Assembly: GCA_937903035.1 (NCBI GenBank) | Contig: CALCZP010000003.1 | Coordinates: 1,156 to 65,155 of the forward strand | Length of the DNA: 64,000 bases | Source: an uncultured bacterium | GTDB taxonomy: Bacteria; Patescibacteriota; Minisyncoccia; Phycocordibacterales; UBA9973 | Direction of reading: 5' to 3' | Shown here: piece after piece, positions 57,292 to 64,000 of the stretch | How positions within the stretch are numbered: position 1 is the stretch's first letter | Layout: each line of letters starts with the position of its first letter | Translations under genes and position numbers: made by a program | The notes under the pieces: generated by a model | Databases searched by the model: none | What the model was told of the DNA's origin: nothing | What the model saw: only the letters and a program-made list of their open reading frames with translations

Positions 57292-58854
57292 TTATTTATA
57301 CCTTCGTTCTGCCTCATCACGTGAAGAAATAATAGTCCCTGTTTTACATTGGTTATATACCCATACTTTCATGGCAATATCTTTTCGAAGTGAAGTACTG
57401 CATCCAAGTCCTGCAAAGTTATTAAAAATTTGGGCAGGTGTCCCACCATTACACGTTTTAACCGCTGCTTGAAAACGAGTGACACTCATCTGAATATTTT
57501 TTTCAGGATCATAGTAGATATTGATTGCATCAGCGACTGTTTTTGCACCAGCCTTAATTAGGTCATCATTGTTTTCTACAGGATCAAGAAGGATTGTTGT
57601 AGGGCTTGCTCGTTTTGGATATAAAACACCATTTTCTTTTGTTGCTGCGAGATAGGTTGTTTCATTGTTGTAAGGTGCAGGAAATACTGTTACCTGCGAA
57701 AGTCCAAACCCTTTTGAAAAGCGCCAGTCATAGTCTTTGTAAATATCGGTACTTGATCGAGGGCACTGGTTAAGAACTTTTTTATCACCATAGAGTGCCG
57801 TTGAGCCAGTAAATTTTTCACCATTAAACTTGATTCCTGATTGTACAAAAATACGACGTGACTTAATACTTGAAAGACTAGTTACATTTTCATCACATGA
57901 AATATTTTTTGCATCCCAGTCTGATTCAACAGTGTTTGAAGCAATCAAGTAACAAGGGTCAAGACCTGCTTTTGTAGCAAGTGTTTTGGTTAGTGTAATG
58001 TACTCCTGTTTTGTTTTTGATGGCTTACCAGTGATTTTAGTGAACTGTGCATCACTAATTGATCCACGGTACTCCTCAATCCCCACCGCCACCTTATTCA
58101 AGCTAATACTATTCTCTACAAGCTTCGGATTGATGGTATTTAATATCAGATAGGCAGACAATGCCAACGCAAGCCCTCCTAATGCCTCAAAGAAGCCACT
58201 CTTGGCACTTGCCTTCAAAAACGGTATATCAGTCACAATATACTGATATCCCTCATAGACGAGACGAAGCACCAACAATACTGCCGCCAAACTCACCAAC
58301 AGTTTGAACATATAGTTCAGAAAGTCATTAATGTCACAGATCTCCCCTCCCTTTCCCTTCTGAGATCGTTGTTCTTCACACAGGTCAGGATCCAAAAGTA
58401 CTGAGAGTCCTGGAAATGGTGCAAGGAGACGGTATGAGCGGGAGTCGAAGTCTTGTTGAGTTGCAGGTATTGCACTTGCGCCTGCGGCGCTGGTTGTTGT
58501 TGTGTTATATACTTTTGATTCTTCGGTTGTTTTCCCGTCTGATACTTTTTGTTTGAAATAGTATGTTGTGCTCGGGGTAAGATCGGTGAATGTCCATCCA
58601 TAGGTACCATCATTCCCTATTGCTTTTGTCGGAGGAATATCAGTTTTGATAACTGTTTTAAAATCTGCAACATTACTTAGATAGCCTTTAATACTAAATG
58701 TTTTGAATGTTGGATGTTTTACGGTATCTATCTTTCCTGCAACAGAAAAAGTACTACCACTAATCTGTGTTACGAGGTCTTGTTCAACAAGTGCCGCATG
58801 AGCAATCGAGTATGGAATTGCTAAAAAAAAGAGTGCAATAACTAAACGCTTCAT
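57292..58854 (-). CDS. Pilin-like membrane module fused to a C-terminal lytic transglycosylase (SLT-like) domain
   Basis: AHA signal; Fn3-like DLTPSTTYYF; same 2-TM module; AGLDPCYLIASNTVES...GFGLSQ...DPEKNI. Confidence 0.75.
   Translation of the reverse strand: MKRLVIALFFLAIPYSIAHAALVEQDLVTQISGSTFSVAGKIDTVKHPTFKTFSIKGYLSNVADFKTVIKTDIPPTKAIGNDGTYGWTFTDLTPSTTYYFKQKVSDGKTTEESKVYNTTTTSAAGASAIPATQQDFDSRSYRLLAPFPGLSVLLDPDLCEEQRSQKGKGGEICDINDFLNYMFKLLVSLAAVLLVLRLVYEGYQYIVTDIPFLKASAKSGFFEALGGLALALSAYLILNTINPKLVENSISLNKVAVGIEEYRGSISDAQFTKITGKPSKTKQEYITLTKTLATKAGLDPCYLIASNTVESDWDAKNISCDENVTSLSSIKSRRIFVQSGIKFNGEKFTGSTALYGDKKVLNQCPRSSTDIYKDYDWRFSKGFGLSQVTVFPAPYNNETTYLAATKENGVLYPKRASPTTILLDPVENNDDLIKAGAKTVADAINIYYDPEKNIQMSVTRFQAAVKTCNGGTPAQIFNNFAGLGCSTSLRKDIAMKVWVYNQCKTGTIISSRDEAERRYK
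58081..58452. repeat. 372-bp direct repeat, copy 2 (pilin-like module)
   Basis: Identical by eye to 56153-56524. Confidence 0.95.
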
Positions 58855-58855
58855 A

Positions 58856-59806
58856 CTAGTTGAACAAAATAGTAAACAGTCGCTCAATATGCTGCAAGCT
58901 ATATGCTACTGTGCTGATTGCGAGATTGACTCTACTCTCCCCTCCTTCATCAGGACGTGAAAGACGAAGTTCGTTTACACGTGGATCTCCTGCGATTGCA
59001 GTATCTCCAGCGCTCATTTCTATATTGAGACTATCCATAATTGATCCAAGAAATGAAAAGAAAAAAGGTTCAAAGTGGAGGATAAGCCCTGCCTGGTTTG
59101 TTGTAATAGATTGAGTACTCCCAATCGCATAGTTGATAAATCCGTCATTATTTTGATACGCAACCAATGATGGAGAGACCGGGGTTATGGTTACTGCATT
59201 TGTGCCGACAAATGAGCCTGATTCAAGGGTTAGTTCAACTGTATCACTCGTCGCTAGTGCACCATTTTGAAATACAAAGCTTGATTTGTTATACCCTGAG
59301 CTATCTTGCTGTATTTCGTCGTTGTGAGACCATTTAAAAACATTATTTTTAGGAGCAGTTGCTGCAGGAATACCTACTACTCGGATAAGGGCTCCATCTG
59401 CAGGAAGTGCTTTTCCTTTATAAAAAGGTGGTGTGTATGAGTCAGCTGCCTCCCACAAGAGATCAACACTTGCAGGTCTCAGTGTTATTGAGGCAGTTGC
59501 GGGGATAATTGTTCCTGAGGTTGTTGCGATAATAATACCTGTCTGACCTGCCTTTGGTGCAGTTACAACAATTTCGGTTTTGCCCGTACCCGAAGTAATC
59601 AAGGCACCATTGTATTTCCACGTAATAACTGTCTGATTTAAATCAAGGCTAAAACTCTGAGCCTTCAAAAAGACTTGCTGGCCAGGGGCAGGATTTCCTG
59701 GAGTAGCAGTAATTGCCATGTCTGCTGACTGCGCAACGACTGTTCGTGGTATGAGTACATATACAGATAGTACGATAGCTGCCACAATGGCTCGATACAT
59801 GTCCAA
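58856..59806 (-). CDS. Secreted Ig-like hypothetical protein in the T4SS-like locus
   Basis: Signal peptide; VDLLWEAADSYTPPFYKGKALP motif; beta-rich. Confidence 0.7.
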   Translation of the reverse strand: MDMYRAIVAAIVLSVYVLIPRTVVAQSADMAITATPGNPAPGQQVFLKAQSFSLDLNQTVITWKYNGALITSGTGKTEIVVTAPKAGQTGIIIATTSGTIIPATASITLRPASVDLLWEAADSYTPPFYKGKALPADGALIRVVGIPAATAPKNNVFKWSHNDEIQQDSSGYNKSSFVFQNGALATSDTVELTLESGSFVGTNAVTITPVSPSLVAYQNNDGFINYAIGSTQSITTNQAGLILHFEPFFFSFLGSIMDSLNIEMSAGDTAIAGDPRVNELRLSRPDEGGESRVNLAISTVAYSLQHIERLFTILFN

Positions 59807-59822
59807 AGTATAGCACTTTTAC

Positions 59823-61637
59823 TTAGTGTTGCTCACGAAACTCCTGCTTTGCACGCTGAATCGAAATCACCTGGGAAGGATCTGATGTAATAATTTGGTC
59901 TTCGGTATATGAGGCAATGATTTTAAGTGCGACATGTTTGAGACCAGCAAAGAATATCCCCTCCCCAACACCTGACTCGAGCAAGAGATATTTTTCTTCA
60001 TCGGTAAGGTTGAATGTCTTTTGGAGGACATCTACCGTTGACGGTGATTGCTTGAGGAGTAGTTGAATGGATGAGTTGGTCACAATCGGTACGCCATACG
60101 GACTCTTCATAAAGTCACCTACGTCTTGGGTGATCGTACAGAGTCCGAGGTAATATTTACGCCCACGTTTTGCAATCGAGTACAAAAATGATGCTGTGTC
60201 ATCTGATTTCATCATCCACCACGCCTCATCAACTACAAGGAGGCGCTTTTTGAGTTGTTTACGGACAGCATTCCAAATAAAGTGTGTCACGATGTACATC
60301 GCTGCTGGTTTGAGATCGTCCTCCATGTCTCGTACCGAAAAGACCACAAATTTTTTGTTAATGTCGACGTTGGTTGGCTGGTTGATGAATGTTGCCCATG
60401 AGCCGTGGGTATATTTGGTGAGACGAGCAAGGATAGACTCTGTGCCCTCCATACCTGAGAGTACCATTTCAAAGTCCGAGAGGAGTGGTGGCTCAATACT
60501 GCGAAAGTCTGACTCCGCAGTGATATCTTTGAGACTATATGTTTCGGTGATCGCACGGTCAATAATAGAGTCTTCCTCAGGAGATAGCCCCCCAAGCATA
60601 ATACGCATGAGTCCGACGATATTGATGATATTGCTTCTGAGGACATCTGATGGAGACTCATCTTCCCGAGGGATTGGTAGGTCAAATGGGTTGATATGGT
60701 GATCTGATGAGAGTGAAATGTTAAAGTATCGCCCACCAATCGCTTCGGCGAGATATTCGTATTCACGTTCAGGGTCGATCACGATCACATCAGTATCAAA
60801 CATGAGGGTTCGCACAATTTCAAGTTTGGTTGCGTATGACTTACCTGCACCGGATTTGGCAAAGATAATTGAGTTATAGTTTTCAAGGGAAAATCGATCG
60901 AAAATCACGAGTGATGAGTTGTGGCGATTCACACCATAGAGAATCCCCGTCTCACTCGTAAGGTCAAATGAAACGAATGGAAACATACTCGAGATTGGCT
61001 CCGAGTTCATCTTTTGAGTCACATTGAGCATATCAGTACCAATCGGTGTCACCGTCTTGAAACCGTCTTCTTGTTGAAAGAGTGTTGGCTTGATATAGAT
61101 CATTTTGGATTCAAGCATGCTCTTGATCTCGCTCTCACTTCGAAACAGATCGGTTTCGTTATCAGCATAAATGGTGATATAGAAACCAATGTTAAACATC
61201 TTTTCTTGTGCTTGAGTTAGGTTGTCACGAAGCTCTTCGAGGTCTTGGTATGCGGTATCAAGCATTGGGTCCCTGACGAGACCTTTTTGTTGACGGACAA
61301 TAATCTGACTTTCAACCTCGGCAATTTTCTTTTGAAAATGTTTAAGGAGCTCTGCTGTTTCGATCGGATTTACGTAGATTGCAATATCAAAGACTTTGTC
61401 GAGGTTGATGATCGGAGTGAGCCAGTTGTCAGTGAGAAAACGCGGGTATGAGATGACAAAAAAGGTACGGACAAGTTTGTCCCCAATACGCATTGCTTTT
61501 GGGGTGATCTCAATCGCTGATGGTGCGATTTTGTCGGAGAGCTCCATTGTTGCCCATTCATGAATATCAGCTGTTGAAATAGGCAGGAGTTTACTTCCAT
61601 TTGTTGGTTCTTGTTTTGCTGAGCCGAATATCGACAT
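59823..61637 (-). CDS. virB4: VirB4-like type IV secretion ATPase
   Basis: GILYGVN..N.SLVIFDRF, AKSGAGKS, IDPEREY, INPFD, VDEAW, RGRKY...ITQ. Confidence 0.9.
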   Translation of the reverse strand: MSIFGSAKQEPTNGSKLLPISTADIHEWATMELSDKIAPSAIEITPKAMRIGDKLVRTFFVISYPRFLTDNWLTPIINLDKVFDIAIYVNPIETAELLKHFQKKIAEVESQIIVRQQKGLVRDPMLDTAYQDLEELRDNLTQAQEKMFNIGFYITIYADNETDLFRSESEIKSMLESKMIYIKPTLFQQEDGFKTVTPIGTDMLNVTQKMNSEPISSMFPFVSFDLTSETGILYGVNRHNSSLVIFDRFSLENYNSIIFAKSGAGKSYATKLEIVRTLMFDTDVIVIDPEREYEYLAEAIGGRYFNISLSSDHHINPFDLPIPREDESPSDVLRSNIINIVGLMRIMLGGLSPEEDSIIDRAITETYSLKDITAESDFRSIEPPLLSDFEMVLSGMEGTESILARLTKYTHGSWATFINQPTNVDINKKFVVFSVRDMEDDLKPAAMYIVTHFIWNAVRKQLKKRLLVVDEAWWMMKSDDTASFLYSIAKRGRKYYLGLCTITQDVGDFMKSPYGVPIVTNSSIQLLLKQSPSTVDVLQKTFNLTDEEKYLLLESGVGEGIFFAGLKHVALKIIASYTEDQIITSDPSQVISIQRAKQEFREQH

Positions 61638-61685
61638 TGGTAGCTATAGTATAGCAGTATATTACTGCAAGTGGATGGAGTATGA

Positions 61686-62327
61686 CTATGAACCGTTTGC
61701 TTGAGTCGTTGTTTCTCCAGGATTGTATGTCTTGTAGAGTAGTTCGATAACTTCTTGTGTTCCGAGTTGTGCCACGCGAAGACCAAGTCTGGTGAGTCCT
61801 TGTTCTACAACACTCATACGCTGTTCAATTTGTGTTCGTTCTTCTTCAAAGTTTTTAATATCATCTCCTATGGTGTCTTTACCTTTGTTTAAAAACGAAA
61901 GTATTTTTGATACCCCTCCCCCTTTTTGGTTGAGTACTGGTGGAATATATGGGATGACTACAAAGAAATTTTTGCGCATGATGTTGACGTTGTCAGTAAA
62001 TGAGCGGATGAACTCAATGTATTCCCGTGTTTGTACTTGGAGGAGTTGTTCTTGTTGTTCCTTGAGTCTGTTTTCAAGAGTGACGAGGTATGGTCTCACA
62101 TCATAGCGTCGTGATTGGATCACTATTTCGATTGGAAAGTCGAGTGTATTGAGAAAGCTTTGGAACTGCACCAATGTTGCTCGCTGTTCATCATATGACT
62201 TAAGCGAGAGATTGATCGAGGACACGAGTACTACAGATGCAAGTGTCCCATCTTTCAAGACCACGATACCATCGCGTACTTCTTGGACAGGGACAAATTG
62301 TTGGGCTGGAGTACCGATGATTGCCAT
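61686..62327 (-). CDS. Conserved T4SS-locus protein (TraC/VirB4 N-terminal-like)
   Basis: DGIVVLKDG...SSINLSLKS.DEQ...FLNTLDFP.QI.QSR; lies between prgI and virB4. Confidence 0.7.
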   Translation of the reverse strand: MAIIGTPAQQFVPVQEVRDGIVVLKDGTLASVVLVSSINLSLKSYDEQRATLVQFQSFLNTLDFPIEIVIQSRRYDVRPYLVTLENRLKEQQEQLLQVQTREYIEFIRSFTDNVNIMRKNFFVVIPYIPPVLNQKGGGVSKILSFLNKGKDTIGDDIKNFEEERTQIEQRMSVVEQGLTRLGLRVAQLGTQEVIELLYKTYNPGETTTQANGS

Positions 62328-62336
62328 ACTGTAGAT

Positions 62337-62729
62337 TTAGTTAGTCGGATTTTGAACGTCGAGGCTCCATGAGAGGGTTTTGAGTTTACTCTCAGAAAGT
62401 GTAGCACGATTTGTAGGAGCAGCCGGGATAGATTTCTTTGTTTCAACTTTTTGTTGTGATCGCCAGAGGTAGAGTCGTGAGCGCAGATAGTATTTGATGA
62501 ATGATTCAACTGTATATATAAAGGGCTTTTCGTTGTACTTGAAAAAAGCGAGCGCAAGTGCAAAGCCTGCAAATGCTGGGACAAGTACGATTGCGACAAA
62601 TGCGGGGAGAAACTTCATCGACAGATAGGCAAATCCTGCTCCCCCGGCAAGGTATGCGAACTGTTTGAAGGTGAGTGGTCCAAAGACCTTGTCTTCGATA
62701 TCAATAAATTGTGGAACCTTAAACTGCAT
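62337..62729 (-). CDS. prgI: PrgI family (VirB3-like) membrane protein
   Basis: FKVPQFIDIEDKVFGPLTFKQF, 2 TM, YNEKPF...LYLW. Confidence 0.88.
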   Translation of the reverse strand: MQFKVPQFIDIEDKVFGPLTFKQFAYLAGGAGFAYLSMKFLPAFVAIVLVPAFAGFALALAFFKYNEKPFIYTVESFIKYYLRSRLYLWRSQQKVETKKSIPAAPTNRATLSESKLKTLSWSLDVQNPTN

Positions 62730-62755
62730 AGGTATAGTATAGCGTGAACGCATAC

Positions 62756-62784
62756 AAAAAGCGCCTCAGTGGGAGGCGCTTTTT
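62756..62784. terminator. Intrinsic terminator
   Basis: aaaaagcgcctc-agtgg-gaggcgcttttt. Confidence 0.75.
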
Positions 62785-62785
62785 G

Positions 62786-63307
62786 TTAGAGATCGATTGG
62801 TTCGCGGTAGAGATCTGCTGATGCAGGAGGTGTAGTGCTTGTCGGAGTTTTATTGAGACTCACATCGCGCTTCATCGGAGGTGCAATCACTGCTGATTGG
62901 GTGAAGCGGCTCCCCATTGTTTCAAGTGCTGTCTGAGAAATGGTTTGCGTAGATTCAAGTTCTGCTTTTTTGAGCTCTTCTTCTGTCGGGCTAAAAAAGG
63001 TGCTGATCTCTGCTGCACGACTCAGGATTTCGACATTGATAGCATAGAGGATATTGACTGCAAGCTTCTCGTCTACTCCCTGTGCTTTCCATTCTTCCGC
63101 AATATCTTCTACGGTTTTGAGTCCCAGTACCAGCATTTTTGCGGCATGCTCTACCATTGTTTTCTGAGTATCAGAAAGGTTGAGTGCCTTTGCTATGGCA
63201 TTTATGAGGACAGTGAAGCTCTTGCTCGACATGAAGTGGAGCACCTCAGGTGGTGTTGTTGCAAATGCTTCTTCGATCGGGTCTATTGTAGTGGTATCAG
63301 TATCCAT
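62786..63307 (-). CDS. Hypothetical protein
   Basis: Helical N-terminus; ends DLYREPI, like CPR DPYREP-ending proteins. Confidence 0.7.
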   Translation of the reverse strand: MDTDTTTIDPIEEAFATTPPEVLHFMSSKSFTVLINAIAKALNLSDTQKTMVEHAAKMLVLGLKTVEDIAEEWKAQGVDEKLAVNILYAINVEILSRAAEISTFFSPTEEELKKAELESTQTISQTALETMGSRFTQSAVIAPPMKRDVSLNKTPTSTTPPASADLYREPIDL

Positions 63308-63309
63308 GG

Positions 63310-63999
63310 TTATTTTTTGGGTTCTGCTGGCTTCTCATCTCCCCCTTCTTTCTTTTTCTTACTTTCTTCGTCATTATTATACTTTTCAAGCTTTTCTTTT
63401 TGAATGTCACGCTCTTTGATTGCTTCTCGCAGTTCTTTGATTGAAGCTCGTCGTTCTTCGTTGGCAACTCGAGCGGTAATTTTATCAGCATCAGATGATG
63501 ATGGATTTTTGATGATAGCCTCATCCTTCTCGATCTCTGTCTCCAGCTTCGCGACATTTGTTGCAACCGCGCGCTTGAGGTCATGTTGTGGATCATCAAT
63601 CTTGATGTTGTCTGCATCAAGGTGTTCATTACCAGGTATACTCTTGATTGCTTCTTTAAGCGTATTCTCGTACATATCAATCTTTGCCTGTATCTTTGCA
63701 GCGGTCGTACCGGTTTGTTTTTGCGCCGCCTTGATAGTGGCATCGGCTGCTTTGAGATGAATGTTACCGATCTGATCAATAGCTCCACCTGCAAGATCGA
63801 TACCAACTGCTGTACTAATAGTGCCTACCAATCCTGGAGCAACTACGCCTAGCGTGCCAGCCAAAGTCCCTATTGCTGTTCCTAGTGGGGCACGCTCACC
63901 CTCTGTCATCCATAGTGAGTTTGCCTTGAGATTCTCAGCATATTCAGCACGCATTGCAGCTTCAAATGCTTTCTTATTTTTGATAGGACCGTATTGTGC
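63310..63999 (-). CDS. Partial membrane/coiled-coil protein (start outside the window)
   Basis: Frame open to the window edge; Gly/Ala-rich hydrophobic segment followed by a charged coiled coil. Confidence 0.6.
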   Translation of the reverse strand, partial: AQYGPIKNKKAFEAAMRAEYAENLKANSLWMTEGERAPLGTAIGTLAGTLGVVAPGLVGTISTAVGIDLAGGAIDQIGNIHLKAADATIKAAQKQTGTTAAKIQAKIDMYENTLKEAIKSIPGNEHLDADNIKIDDPQHDLKRAVATNVAKLETEIEKDEAIIKNPSSSDADKITARVANEERRASIKELREAIKERDIQKEKLEKYNNDEESKKKKEGGDEKPAEPKK

Positions 64000-64000
64000 A

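Noticed and set aside
1-64000. CRISPR array, DGR or retron
   Set aside because: No regularly spaced short repeats, cas genes or reverse transcriptase were seen. The 372-bp repeat has no adenine-specific mismatches, so it is not a DGR TR/VR pair.
1-64000. Alternative genetic code 25 (UGA=Gly) as in Gracilibacteria
   Set aside because: Conserved genes are full-length under code 11, and TGA ends genes at expected positions (desaturase, fur, dnaA).

Overview
This is a chromosomal window from a small-genome Patescibacteria (CPR) bacterium, most likely Parcubacteria/Paceibacteria, using genetic code 11. The lineage call is inferred from shortened PheS/PheT/HolA/RnpA, CPR-type hypothetical proteins, a pilM-N-O cluster and a VirB4/PrgI/pilin locus. 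The window spans the probable replication origin (dnaN-oriC-dnaA, divergent from rpmH-rnpA-yidD-yidC) and carries housekeeping genes (pheST, trhO, rplS, rpsT, ruvABC, polA, tsaE, tyrS, PBP1A, msrB) and seven tRNAs, one of which is an unusual tRNA-Arg(GCG). A serine-recombinase island beside tRNA-Ser encodes an amino-acid ABC transporter whose ATPase is fused to a TrmB-like effector domain. The strongest novel signal lies in the T4SS-like locus: two tandem genes share an identical 372-bp pilin-like membrane module but carry different N-terminal domains and different C-terminal peptidoglycan-hydrolase domains (NlpC/P60 and lytic transglycosylase). Other points of interest are a dockerin gene beside a cohesin-like gene, a fatty-acid desaturase, several orphan structured-RNA candidates and pervasive leaderless-type promoters. 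All calls come from reading motifs by eye; no database searches were run.
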